Shown piece by piece: positions 37,756 to 47,880 of a stretch of DNA of 64,000 nt; the stretch's first letter is position 1; each line of letters opens with the position of its first letter. The notes under the pieces were generated by a model. That model did no database searches, was not told where the DNA came from, and saw only the letters and a list, made by a program, of their open reading frames with translations. This DNA comes from an uncultured Wenzhouxiangellaceae bacterium (GTDB lineage Bacteria > Pseudomonadota > Gammaproteobacteria > Xanthomonadales > SZUA-36): positions 494 through 64,493 of the forward strand of contig CAZRTG010000001.1 in NCBI GenBank assembly GCA_964602895.1. The letters are read 5' to 3'. The position numbers and the translations under genes were made by a program.

Positions 37756-39315
37756 TCACATTGCCATGTCTTCCAGCATTTCATTGGCCGTCACCATGCC
37801 CATGGCAGATATACCGCCACCGGGGTGACAGGAGGCTCCGGTCAGATAGAAGTTTTTCAAAGGACCGCGATACTGTGAATAGCCGGGCATGGGGCGAAAG
37901 TAGCCTGACTGCGACAAAGTCCGTTCGCCACCGGTAGTAGAACCACCAATCAGACAGGCATTGGCCCGTTCAATACTGATGGGCGTATCAATATACTCGC
38001 CAAGGATGTTTTCGGGACCCATATTGCTGGTGTACTCGCGCAATTTGCTCAACACCAGAGCGGCATATTCGTCTTTGATATCGTCCCAGCTCTCACCACT
38101 CTCCAGCCGGTTCGGCACAAAGGTGTCGATGATCAGCGTGTGTTTGCCCTCGGGAGCACGGCTGGGATCCTGCAAGGTCCAGCAAGCCGTCCAGATAAAA
38201 GGATTGCGCGGCGGTACGCCCAGTGTGATATCGGCAAAATGTTCACGGGTGGCATCCACCGAATAGAAAATCCGCTGGAAACTGGTCTGGCTCATCTCTT
38301 CGCCATTGAGAAACTTGGGCGCCTCATTGAGTGCATAGTGCGCGCGAAACACGCCGATATCGCCGAATGAAAAGGCTTTGGCCATACGCGGTATCGATTC
38401 GTCCAGGTGTTCCTCGTCTATCAGCTTGAGGAAATTCTGTTTCGGATCCAGTGAGCTGACTACCGCTTTGCCTGCATACAGCTCACGGCCATCTTCCAGA
38501 CGCACGCCGCGGGCCTTTCCGTCTTCAACCAGGATTTTTTCCACACCACTGCCGGTCAGCACCTGACCCTTGCGATCGCGTACATAGGCGGCCAGGGCTT
38601 CTGCCAACATCTGGCTGCCGCCTTTGGGTATGGCCTGGCCGTAAACGTGTATGCCCGGGATCATGATGTAGAACGTCTGGCCCACAGCCTCCTGATCCGG
38701 TCCGATTTGCGGTGCCAGCGCCCAACCCAGGATGACGTTTTTAACTTCGGGATGCCGGAAATTTTCCTCGACAAAAGCACGAGCACTGAGATTGTAGTCA
38801 CGCAGCATCTTCAGGCCTTCGGTACTTTTCTCCATCACCATGGGCAGATAGCTGGGCGGTACCGGCGTAGAAAACATGCCTTTGATAAAGCCGTCTTTGA
38901 TTTCAATAAAGCCATCAAAAATTTCCCGATAGCGTTTGGCATCTGCTTCGGAGTACCGGGCAATGCTGGCACAGGTTTTGTCGACATCCCTGTAAATAAT
39001 GATGCCGGGGCCTTGCCTGGTTGGGTGACCGGTAATCTTGTCATCGGCCCAGATGTACTCCAGACCATAAGCCTCGAGATCGGGCATGATTTCCTTGAAG
39101 TAGGGGTTGGCATGCAGCCAAACGTGGCTGGAACCGTACAGGTCATGCTTGAAGCCCGGTAGCGTGACTTCACGGGTACCGGTGGCGCCACCCAACCAGG
39201 TATTTTTTTCGACGACGATGGTGGTCAATCCGGCCTTGGCCAGGCTGGCACTGCAGGCCAGACCATTGTGCCCACCACCAATGATAATGACGTCAGCGTC
39301 TGCGACGTTGCTCAT
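37756..39315 (-). CDS. FAD-dependent oxidoreductase, CrtI/amine-oxidase-like (paralogue 2 of 3)
   Basis: Contains DVIIIGGGHNGL, PGFKHD, DVDKTC, PPSY and GASCHPGGGI. Start at MSNVADAD (GGAGA upstream). Confidence 0.82.
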   Translation of the reverse strand: MSNVADADVIIIGGGHNGLACSASLAKAGLTTIVVEKNTWLGGATGTREVTLPGFKHDLYGSSHVWLHANPYFKEIMPDLEAYGLEYIWADDKITGHPTRQGPGIIIYRDVDKTCASIARYSEADAKRYREIFDGFIEIKDGFIKGMFSTPVPPSYLPMVMEKSTEGLKMLRDYNLSARAFVEENFRHPEVKNVILGWALAPQIGPDQEAVGQTFYIMIPGIHVYGQAIPKGGSQMLAEALAAYVRDRKGQVLTGSGVEKILVEDGKARGVRLEDGRELYAGKAVVSSLDPKQNFLKLIDEEHLDESIPRMAKAFSFGDIGVFRAHYALNEAPKFLNGEEMSQTSFQRIFYSVDATREHFADITLGVPPRNPFIWTACWTLQDPSRAPEGKHTLIIDTFVPNRLESGESWDDIKDEYAALVLSKLREYTSNMGPENILGEYIDTPISIERANACLIGGSTTGGERTLSQSGYFRPMPGYSQYRGPLKNFYLTGASCHPGGGISAMGMVTANEMLEDMAM

Positions 39316-39522
39316 GTATGAGTCTCCACTGCGATCAGGTTGCCAATTAAAGCGCGGTATGCAGGCGGGGATGTAACGGGTTGCCACTTGCGACACGCCT
39401 CATTGTGCTGATCCATCGTGCCGTCTGGCGTGCAGAATCGTCAAACCAAACTTTCTCATACAAAGCATGAAATATGACGGCCGCACCGGGCACTGCCAGG
39501 CAATCAGTCCTGCGGGCTGTAC

Positions 39523-40614
39523 TCAGCGCACACCCGGAGAACGATTGTTGTGTTCCAGGAAGGCGCTGTAACGTGACATGCCAAAGCAGAATGTCCAATA
39601 AATCAGGGCGACAAACAGATAGCCGGTCGCTCGCGCAGAAGATGAGTGCCACTCGGGGTCGCCCGATACGGCCTGCACCATACCCAGCAGGTCAAACAAC
39701 CCGATAATGACCAGCAAGGACGTTTCCTTGAACAGGCCAATGATGATATTGGTAATTTGTGGCGTTGAGATATTCAGGGCCTGCGGCAGGATCACGTGCA
39801 GATAACCCGAACTCCGCTTCAAACCCAAGGCGCGGGTCGCATCAAACTGACCGGCCGGCAAGGCACGCAAGGCCCCCCGCACGGCTTCGGCAATATGACA
39901 ACTCATCAGGATGGACAAAGCCACCAGTGCACGAAGCAGCTTGTCGATTTCATATTCCTTGGGCAAAAACAGCGGCAGCATGATAACCGCCACAAACAAC
40001 ACCACCAGGGTGGGCACGCTGCGCCAGACCTCAACCCAGGTACCGGCCAGCATGCGAATAACCGGAATACGCGATTCCCTTCCAAGCGCCAACAGGATGC
40101 CTGTGGGCAGTGCAAACACAAAGGCGAATACACCAATTACCAGGGTCAGGAACAAACCGCCCCAACTGCCTGTTTCCACCTTGCTCAAACCCAGCACACC
40201 ACCCGAGAACAATGCCACCGCTACAAAGGGATAAACCGCAATGAACAGCGTGATCCAGATGGCTTTGCCTTTAACGCGCGGAATCATGATGGGTACCATC
40301 AGGGCGAGGCCGATAGCCAACCCCACATTGACCCGCCAGCGTTCTGCTTCCGGATAACCGCCGTACATCAACTGGTCAAAACGCTGGGCAATAAACGGCC
40401 AACAGGCTCCTGCTTTGTCCGGACAGGCACTGCCACCCGTCCCGCTCCAATAGGCATCAATGACGGTCCACTGCAGCACAGGCCACAGCAGTACCGCAGC
40501 CACCATCAGCCCCAGCAAACTGATGGCAGGCCGCCAGAAGCGCGTTATTAAAACCCCGAAATCCACAGGGCGGGCTCTGACCTTTGGTAAATTCCTGTTG
40601 CTGGCTTCAGACAT
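39523..40614 (-). CDS. amino-acid ABC transporter permease (AapM-like)
   Basis: 363 aa, multi-TM, with an EAA-loop-like block AEAVRGALRALPAGQFDATRALG. Confidence 0.85.
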   Translation of the reverse strand: MSEASNRNLPKVRARPVDFGVLITRFWRPAISLLGLMVAAVLLWPVLQWTVIDAYWSGTGGSACPDKAGACWPFIAQRFDQLMYGGYPEAERWRVNVGLAIGLALMVPIMIPRVKGKAIWITLFIAVYPFVAVALFSGGVLGLSKVETGSWGGLFLTLVIGVFAFVFALPTGILLALGRESRIPVIRMLAGTWVEVWRSVPTLVVLFVAVIMLPLFLPKEYEIDKLLRALVALSILMSCHIAEAVRGALRALPAGQFDATRALGLKRSSGYLHVILPQALNISTPQITNIIIGLFKETSLLVIIGLFDLLGMVQAVSGDPEWHSSSARATGYLFVALIYWTFCFGMSRYSAFLEHNNRSPGVR

Positions 40615-40623
40615 GATCGCGTT

Positions 40624-41784
40624 TCAAACCAGGTCGAAGCGGTTGTAATGGCGATTGACCAGGCCCATCAGCCAGATCCCCACCAATGACACCAGGGAAT
40701 AAACCGAGAAAGTCAGAAACATGATTTCAACCGGCCGGCCGACAATGTTATTGGTCGTACCCACCATCACCGACACAATCTCCGGATAACCCACCGCAGC
40801 GCCCAAAGAAGTTGACTTGAAGATGTTCAGGTACACCGTGGTCATGGGCGGTATGATGACGCGCATGGCCTGCGGTGCAACCACGGTGCGCATGATGGTT
40901 GTTGCCGAAAGGCCCAAAGAACGTGCCGCCTCCCATTGGCCTTTGGGCACCGCGTTAAAGCCGGCACGAAATACTTCTGCTACCGAGCTGGCGTTATACA
41001 TCGAAAGGCCCAGTATCAGTGCGCCCAGCTCCGGTGTAATCACCCAGCCGGACACATAGCCGAACTTCTGCAGTTCCGGTTGTGACCATAAAGTAGCGTT
41101 GCTGAACCAGATCACCACTGCAATCAGCCAGGCCAGAGCTGCCAGACGCCTGAGCCAGGCTGACCGGGGCAAGACCTGCGCCTGCCGGCGTCGATACCAC
41201 TTCAGCAACAGGCTTGCAATCGCAAGCGTTGCCAACGCCATGCCAAAAATCAGTTCTGCCGTACTGACCGACCAGCTCATACGCGGCAAAAACAGGCCGC
41301 GGTTATTGAGAAAAACCTGTTCTCCGAATTGCCAGCTTTGAGCCGAGGCAGGCAGGGATCGCAGCACCACGTAATACCAGAAGAAAACCTGCAGTAATGC
41401 CGGGATATTACGGAATGTCTCGACAAAGACCAGGCCCAAAGCCCTGAAGAACCAGTCGCCACTGATGCGGCACAGGGCCACCAGCAAACCGATCACCGTA
41501 GACAAGGCAATAGACAGAACCGCCAGCAATATGGTGTTACAAATGGCGATCGCAAACGCCATGTAAACGGGCGAATCCGATGAATACGCGAACAGGGTCT
41601 GGTTGATATCAAATCCCGCCCGTTTCTGCAGAAAATCAAAGCCGGACTGAACACCCAGGCGGTCCAGGTTTTCCAGTGTGGTCTGAGCAATACCTGTCAA
41701 TAGCCAGAAAATGCCGAACAACACGAGAGCCTGAATGGCCCAGGTGCGGACCAGACTCCAGGACGGTTGGTAGCGCGGTTTCAT
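40624..41784 (-). CDS. amino-acid ABC transporter permease (AapQ-like)
   Basis: 386 aa, multi-TM, with an EAA-loop-like block AEVFRAGFNAVPKGQWEAARSLG. Confidence 0.85.
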   Translation of the reverse strand: MKPRYQPSWSLVRTWAIQALVLFGIFWLLTGIAQTTLENLDRLGVQSGFDFLQKRAGFDINQTLFAYSSDSPVYMAFAIAICNTILLAVLSIALSTVIGLLVALCRISGDWFFRALGLVFVETFRNIPALLQVFFWYYVVLRSLPASAQSWQFGEQVFLNNRGLFLPRMSWSVSTAELIFGMALATLAIASLLLKWYRRRQAQVLPRSAWLRRLAALAWLIAVVIWFSNATLWSQPELQKFGYVSGWVITPELGALILGLSMYNASSVAEVFRAGFNAVPKGQWEAARSLGLSATTIMRTVVAPQAMRVIIPPMTTVYLNIFKSTSLGAAVGYPEIVSVMVGTTNNIVGRPVEIMFLTFSVYSLVSLVGIWLMGLVNRHYNRFDLV

Positions 41785-41800
41785 GAGCGGACGAAACCCA

Positions 41801-42448
41801 TCAGACCGGCTTCAAAGCCTTGTTCAGCGCCTGGTTCAGCCCGGCAATCACTGCAGTAACAGAGCTGTTTGGGAGTATCATTTGCCACCAGTCCTTCAAT
41901 ACCGGATGTTGCAATCTGAAGTCGGCTTGTCCCTGGCGGGCAAGAAAAAGATCCAGATAAAAGCAGGCCGGAATCAGGGCGCAATCCGCCAGATTCAGAT
42001 CATCACCGCACACATAGGAGCCCTGTCCGGACAAGCTTTCCAGACCGGAAAGTGTCTGGTGCAACTCAGCCAACAGGCCAGGCAAGGCAGCATCACCCGC
42101 TTGCAAAGCACGCAGGCGAAACATCAGGGGATACAGGTACAGATCAACTGCTCGAATGAACGCCCGTATGCGGGCTGTTGCAAGTGCGTCTTTCCCACGC
42201 ATGCCGGGCTCCGGATAACAGTCTTCAAGGTATTCAGCAATGGCACCGGATTCGACAATGCTATCCGTTCCAACCAGTAGAATTGGCGTTTTGGAAAAGG
42301 GATTCAGGGCTCCATGTTCGGCCGGAGTGGTGCCGGCATCCGGGAACTGCGTATCGATTTTCAGCCCTTTGTGCCAAATCTGGATATGCAAACGCGCTGC
42401 AAAAGGTGACGTAGGCAAGGCAATCAGCTGCAGCTTTTCCATGGTCAT
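41801..42448 (-). CDS. glutathione S-transferase family protein
   Basis: Thioredoxin-like N-domain (LIALPTSPFAARL ... PILLVGTDSIVESGAIAEYLED) plus a helical C-domain. Confidence 0.78.
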   Translation of the reverse strand: MTMEKLQLIALPTSPFAARLHIQIWHKGLKIDTQFPDAGTTPAEHGALNPFSKTPILLVGTDSIVESGAIAEYLEDCYPEPGMRGKDALATARIRAFIRAVDLYLYPLMFRLRALQAGDAALPGLLAELHQTLSGLESLSGQGSYVCGDDLNLADCALIPACFYLDLFLARQGQADFRLQHPVLKDWWQMILPNSSVTAVIAGLNQALNKALKPV

Positions 42449-43542
42449 GCTTCGGCCTGCATATACTCGGTAATTTTGGCCAGAAAGACTTCATTTTCAT
42501 GCGCTGCCCCCACCGTTACCCGCAGGCAATCGCCGGGTCCGGAGACGCCGGTAGGCCGTAATAATATCCCGTTCTCAGTCAGAAACTTTGCAGCACCCAG
42601 AGCGGTGTGGCCCCGGGTTTCCGGTATTTGCATCAGCAGGAAATTGGTTACGCTGGGCGGTACCTGAATACCGAGGTCCATCAAATGCGCACGCATGCGC
42701 TCACGCCAACTGATGGTGTGATCACGTACCATATCGGCAAATTCATCATCCTGCATGGCCGCTGCCGCAGCCACCTGTGCCGGCCAATTGGTATTAAAAG
42801 GTGTTCTGATGCGCTGGATGGCGTTGACCACGCCAGCAGGTGCATACGCCCAGCCGATACGGGTTCCCGCCAGGCCATATAATTTGGAAAATGTACGGGT
42901 CATGATCACGTTTTGTGAACCACGAACCAACTCAAGGCCACTGTCGAAATCAGCTTCCACCACATAATCCGCGTAGGCACCGTCCAACAGCAACAATACC
43001 GTGGCAGGCAAGCCGGCATGCAAACGCCGGATCTCGTTTGCCGTGAGGTAAGTCCCGGTTGGATTGTTCGGATTCGCTACCGCAACGATACGGGTCTTGT
43101 CGGTTACCGCAGCAAGAATATTGTCAACACTCTGGTCCCAGCCTTGCTCGGCAGCGACAACCACTTTTGCACCCTGGGCAAGAGCATGTATTCGCGTCAT
43201 TACAAAACCGTTTTCGCTTACCAACACCTCATCGCCAGGATCAACAAAGGTGCGGATCGCCAACAGAATCAATTCTTCACTGCCATTGCCGCAAACGATG
43301 CGCTCTTCCTCAATACCGAATTTTTCTGCAATGACCTTGCGTAAAGCAGATTGCGTACCATCGGGATAACGGTGCAAGCTTTCCACTGCTTGCCTGAACG
43401 ATTCCCGGGCACGCGGGCTGGGCCCGAAGGGTGACTCGTTGGAAGAAAGCTTGATGGGGTCGGCAACACCGACTATGGCGCTTTTACCCTGAACATAGGC
43501 CGGACAACTGTCCAGCGCCTTGCGGGGAATCGGATGGCTCAA
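42445..43542 (-). CDS. class-II (HisC-like) PLP aminotransferase (paralogue 2)
   Basis: Contains KLSSNESPFGP, TRTFSKLYGLAGTRIGWAY and RTPFN. Confidence 0.82.
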   Translation of the reverse strand: MSHPIPRKALDSCPAYVQGKSAIVGVADPIKLSSNESPFGPSPRARESFRQAVESLHRYPDGTQSALRKVIAEKFGIEEERIVCGNGSEELILLAIRTFVDPGDEVLVSENGFVMTRIHALAQGAKVVVAAEQGWDQSVDNILAAVTDKTRIVAVANPNNPTGTYLTANEIRRLHAGLPATVLLLLDGAYADYVVEADFDSGLELVRGSQNVIMTRTFSKLYGLAGTRIGWAYAPAGVVNAIQRIRTPFNTNWPAQVAAAAAMQDDEFADMVRDHTISWRERMRAHLMDLGIQVPPSVTNFLLMQIPETRGHTALGAAKFLTENGILLRPTGVSGPGDCLRVTVGAAHENEVFLAKITEYMQAEA

Positions 43543-43595
43543 AACGAGTACTCCTTAACAAAACCTGTAAAACTGAGTCAGTCTGCGGCGAAGAA

Positions 43596-44618
43596 TTAAC
43601 GGAACGGCAGGGCAAACATCAAGCCCCCGTCTTTCCACAAGCGGTTGGGACCTCGTTTCAGCCCAATCGGGGCAAGATTCCGCTCCCACATATCTTCATA
43701 ATTTCCCACCAGACGAATGATGTCGTAGGCCCAGTCGTTGGATAAACCCAGAACTGCGCCAAAGTCACCGTATACGCCCAACAAGCGCTGCACTTCCCGG
43801 TTACCGGACTCTTTGCGCTGTTGTTCAACATTGGCCTGGTTTATGCCGTGCTGTTCGGCCAGTAAACGGATATTGAATGACCATAAAACAATGTCGTGCC
43901 AGCGCGAGTCGTTCTGCCGTACCAACGGCCCCTGAGGCTCATTGGAGATGGTTTCTTCAAGTATCATGTGTGAATCGGGGTCGTACATGCCGGCCATGCG
44001 TGTGGATAAAGCGGCACGCTGCATGGTTAAAGCATCGCAGCGATCGGCTTCGTAAGCTTCCATCGCCTTGTCTGTATCGTTAAAAGTGATCAGCTGATAA
44101 TCGAGGCCTATACTTTCAAAAAGATCGGCCAGGTTTTGTTCCAGCGTTGTGCCCTGGGCCACACAGATCGTGGCTCCGGCCAGATCTGCAACTTTGCTGA
44201 CGTCTTTGTCCTTTCGCACCATGAAGCCCTGGCCGTCATAAAAATAGATACCGGCATAATCCAGGCCCAGTGAGGTATCGCGCAAATAGGACCAGGTCGC
44301 GCCTGCAGGAAACAGGTCGATGGCACCGGATTGCAATAGGGTAAACCCGGTTTGAGGTGTAGCCAGCACATATTCGACTTTGAGTTCGCCAAACACTGCA
44401 GCGGCGATTGTTTTACAGTGATCCACTTCAAATCCGGCCCGCTCACCCCGGGCGTTCAGATAGCTGAAACCCACACCCGACTCGGTAATACCGCATTTCA
44501 GAAAACCGCGTGCCCGGACCTCATCCAGCGTGTCCGCACCAACCCAGGGTGTCGCCAACGTTGTGACAACAGCCAACAACCAACCTAACTGCTTCGCTCT
44601 TGCGACAGGTGTAGCCAT
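43596..44618 (-). CDS. amino-acid ABC transporter periplasmic substrate-binding protein (AapJ-like)
   Basis: Signal peptide plus a type-3 SBP pattern. 340 aa, matching the AapJ size class. Confidence 0.82.
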   Translation of the reverse strand: MATPVARAKQLGWLLAVVTTLATPWVGADTLDEVRARGFLKCGITESGVGFSYLNARGERAGFEVDHCKTIAAAVFGELKVEYVLATPQTGFTLLQSGAIDLFPAGATWSYLRDTSLGLDYAGIYFYDGQGFMVRKDKDVSKVADLAGATICVAQGTTLEQNLADLFESIGLDYQLITFNDTDKAMEAYEADRCDALTMQRAALSTRMAGMYDPDSHMILEETISNEPQGPLVRQNDSRWHDIVLWSFNIRLLAEQHGINQANVEQQRKESGNREVQRLLGVYGDFGAVLGLSNDWAYDIIRLVGNYEDMWERNLAPIGLKRGPNRLWKDGGLMFALPFR

Positions 44619-44644
44619 ATTTCTATGTCCTTGGCAAAGGTCGA

Positions 44645-46207
44645 TTAAAATTCATCCTCCAACATCCCGAAATCTTTCAGCATTTCATGAGCTGTAATCA
44701 CGCCCATGCCACTGATACCGCCTCCCGGGTGACAGGACGGGCCTGCCAGATACATTTTCTCCAGCGGACCACGGTACTGCGAATAGCCGGGAAACGGCCG
44801 GAAATAGCCTAACTGGGCCAGGGTACGTTCGCCACCCGATGGCACACCACCCACAAAACAGGGATTGTGCGCTTCCATGTCTTCGGGCGAATGCGAGAAG
44901 GTTGCAATGATATTGTCATCCGACATATTGGTGGTGTAATTGCGCAGCGTTTTGACCAGTTCTTTGGAGTACTCGTCCTTGATGTCGGACCAACTGCCGC
45001 TGGCCAGTTTGCTGGGCACAAAAGTATCAATCATGAACGTGTGCTTGCCTTCGGGTGCCCGCGATGGGTCACGCAAGCTCCAGCAGTGGCCGTGCACCGG
45101 CGGTGTTGCCGAAGGCTTACCCACACTGAGCTCGGCAAAATGCCGGTCGATATCTTTCATGCTGGTGATGGTGCGCTGGAACGGCGCTTTGCTGATGTTC
45201 TCGCTACCAATATAGTGCGGTGCTTCATGCAGGGCGAAATGCACGCGGAATGAGGCAACATCACCAAAAGTGAAGTTCTCTACCTGTTTGCGGAAACCCG
45301 GATCGAGTTGCTCCTGATCCATCAACTTGAGGAAAGTCTGTTGTGGCTCCAGTGCACTGACCACACCCCTGCTGGCGGTGATCTCGGTACCGTCTTCGAG
45401 GCGGATACCTTTGGCCACACCTCCATCCGTCAGTATTTTGGCCACCGGACTGTTGGTCAGGACCTTACCGCCATTGGCATTGACGTATTTGGCAAGCGCA
45501 TTGGGCAGCGCGATGCTGCCACCTTTCGGTATGGCCTGCCCGTACACGTGGATGGCCGGAATCATGATATAGAAAATATTTCCGGCACCCTGCTGGGTGG
45601 GTTTGATATTGGGTCCCAGAGCCCATGAGGTCAGAAAGGCCTGTATGTGCGGGTTCTCGAAATTCTCCAACACAAAGGCACGTGCACTGAGGCTGTAATT
45701 GCGCAGCATCTTCAGGCCTTCAGTACTGTTTTCCATTGCCGCCGGCAAATAGCTGGGCGGCGATGGCGGGGTGAACATGTTCCTGGTAAAGCCATCCTTG
45801 ATTTCTACAAAGCCATCGTAGATCTCACGATAGCGGGCGGCATCTTTTCTGGAATACTCTGCGATGCTGTCACAGGTTTTGTCCAGGTCACGATAGACAA
45901 TAACCCCGGGACCTTCCTCCATGGGATGACCCATGACCTCATCTTCACCCCATAGGTATTCAAGGCCGTACTTTTCCAACTCGGGCATCAGGTCCTGAAT
46001 GTAGGGATTGGCATGAATCCAGACATGGTTTGAACCGAATAGATCGTGTTTGAAGCCCGGTACGGTCAGTTCCCGGGTGACGGCGCCGCCCCCGACCCAG
46101 TCGTTGCGTTCAGCCACCAGCGTGCGCAAACCGGCACGACACAATACCGCGGCACAGGCCAGGGCGTTATGACCGCCACCGGCAATGACTACATCATAAT
46201 CAGACAT
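44645..46207 (-). CDS. FAD-dependent oxidoreductase, CrtI/amine-oxidase-like (paralogue 3 of 3)
   Basis: Contains DVVIAGGGHNAL, PGFKHD, DLDKTC, PPSY and GPSCHPGGGI. Confidence 0.82.
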   Translation of the reverse strand: MSDYDVVIAGGGHNALACAAVLCRAGLRTLVAERNDWVGGGAVTRELTVPGFKHDLFGSNHVWIHANPYIQDLMPELEKYGLEYLWGEDEVMGHPMEEGPGVIVYRDLDKTCDSIAEYSRKDAARYREIYDGFVEIKDGFTRNMFTPPSPPSYLPAAMENSTEGLKMLRNYSLSARAFVLENFENPHIQAFLTSWALGPNIKPTQQGAGNIFYIMIPAIHVYGQAIPKGGSIALPNALAKYVNANGGKVLTNSPVAKILTDGGVAKGIRLEDGTEITASRGVVSALEPQQTFLKLMDQEQLDPGFRKQVENFTFGDVASFRVHFALHEAPHYIGSENISKAPFQRTITSMKDIDRHFAELSVGKPSATPPVHGHCWSLRDPSRAPEGKHTFMIDTFVPSKLASGSWSDIKDEYSKELVKTLRNYTTNMSDDNIIATFSHSPEDMEAHNPCFVGGVPSGGERTLAQLGYFRPFPGYSQYRGPLEKMYLAGPSCHPGGGISGMGVITAHEMLKDFGMLEDEF

Positions 46208-46218
46208 ACGAAGACTAC

Positions 46219-47880
46219 CTATTCAGCGTTTTGTGACTGGAGCATGCGATTGGAGCGGTTTTCGCCCAACAACAGGAACTTCCAGGGAAAGTCGGTTTTT
46301 CCGAGCGGCATTTCGATCACCACCGGGCCATCCTGCTCAAAGCCAAGACGGATTTTTTCTTCCAGTTCTTCAACTGAGTTTGCGGTATAGCCGGTGGCGC
46401 CAAAACTCTCGGCCATGGCAGCAAAATCCGGGTTGGTCAGATCGGTGCCAATTACGCGGCCACCAAAGCGCTTGGTCTGTGCGCGGGCCACATTGGTGTA
46501 AGCACCATCATTGAAAACGATAATGACCATATTGAGCTTGTAGCGGACTGCGGTAGCCAATTCACCACAATGGAACAGGAATCCGCCGTCACCGCTCAGC
46601 GCTATGACCTTTTTCTCGGGGTTGGCTACTTTCACCCCGATGGCCGTGGGCAAGCCATAACCCAGGTTACCGGCATAACCGCTGGTGATCAGCGTACGCG
46701 GTGCATATACGGGATAACCGTACCAGGAGGCATAGCCCACCTGGGTGATTTCATCCACCAGAATGCCATCATCGGACAAAGCTTCCCGAATCACGCCCAG
46801 TATCGATAACTGGGGCTGCACGTGATCGGAGAACTCCTGGCGCATTTCCTGCTGGAATGCCTTCAGTTCCTGTTCACGGGACGGTCTTGGTGGCAGCTGT
46901 CTGGAAACCAGAGTGGCCAGCAAAGCGGCAACCGAAGGAGCCGCATCGCCGACGATGCCCACATCGGGTTTGGATATCCGGCCAATTTCGGTGGGGTCGA
47001 TATCAATGTGTATGGTTTTCAGATTGACGTCCGTGCCCCAGTGCATACGCGGGTACTTGAAGCGCGTGCCAATGGCGATCGCCACATCAACTTCCGGCCA
47101 CATGCGATGCCCCGCCGGGAAGCTGTGTGCCAGATAATGCTTATCGCTGAGCACACCACGCCCGCCTCGCTGGGACACGACGGGCGCCTGCAGCAGTTCG
47201 GCCAGTTGACGAATTTCTTCACAGGCATGGATCGCCCCGGTTCCCACCAGAATCATGGGCTTTTTGGCACCGGCCAGTAATTTGGCCGCCTGTTCGATCA
47301 ATTCCGGATTGGCCACCACGGTTTCGGGATGATCAACGGGTTCCAGCATCTCGACTTCAGCCTCTTCCGACATGATGTCCAGCGCCATTTCCAACGAAAC
47401 CGGGCGCCTGCGGCCGGTGGTGAGTTGCCTGAAGGCTTCCTTCACTGCTTCAGGCGCATGGGATGGGTGCTCCACTCTTGTGGCCCATTTGGTCATGCGT
47501 TGCAATATACCCAGTTGATCAGGAACATCATGCAGGTAGCCCACACCTCTGCCGATGCCATTGGAGGGCACCTGGCCCGTCAAACAGAGCACCGGCTCAT
47601 TGCAGGCGTAGGCAGTGCTCAATGCGGCAGCAGAATTCAACACACCCGGTCCAGGCACTACGGTATAAACGCCTACTTTGCCAGTAGAGCGGGCATAGCC
47701 AAAGGCCATATAGGCGGCGCCCTGCTCGCTGCGGGTGGTGATCAGGTTGATGTCTTCACCTTTGGCGTACAGGGCGTCAAACAGCTCATAGGTCTGTCCA
47801 CCGGGAATGCCGAAGATCGTGTCAACTCCGTGATTCAACACGGAATCCATCAAGGCCTTTCCGCCCTTCAATTTGGCCAT
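46219..47880 (-). CDS. thiamine-pyrophosphate-dependent enzyme (paralogue 2)
   Basis: Contains SGDGGFLF...VFNDGAY. Start at MAKLKGGK preceded by GAGGAG. The ORF-track start at 47991 is probably too long. Confidence 0.88.
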   Translation of the reverse strand: MAKLKGGKALMDSVLNHGVDTIFGIPGGQTYELFDALYAKGEDINLITTRSEQGAAYMAFGYARSTGKVGVYTVVPGPGVLNSAAALSTAYACNEPVLCLTGQVPSNGIGRGVGYLHDVPDQLGILQRMTKWATRVEHPSHAPEAVKEAFRQLTTGRRRPVSLEMALDIMSEEAEVEMLEPVDHPETVVANPELIEQAAKLLAGAKKPMILVGTGAIHACEEIRQLAELLQAPVVSQRGGRGVLSDKHYLAHSFPAGHRMWPEVDVAIAIGTRFKYPRMHWGTDVNLKTIHIDIDPTEIGRISKPDVGIVGDAAPSVAALLATLVSRQLPPRPSREQELKAFQQEMRQEFSDHVQPQLSILGVIREALSDDGILVDEITQVGYASWYGYPVYAPRTLITSGYAGNLGYGLPTAIGVKVANPEKKVIALSGDGGFLFHCGELATAVRYKLNMVIIVFNDGAYTNVARAQTKRFGGRVIGTDLTNPDFAAMAESFGATGYTANSVEELEEKIRLGFEQDGPVVIEMPLGKTDFPWKFLLLGENRSNRMLQSQNAE

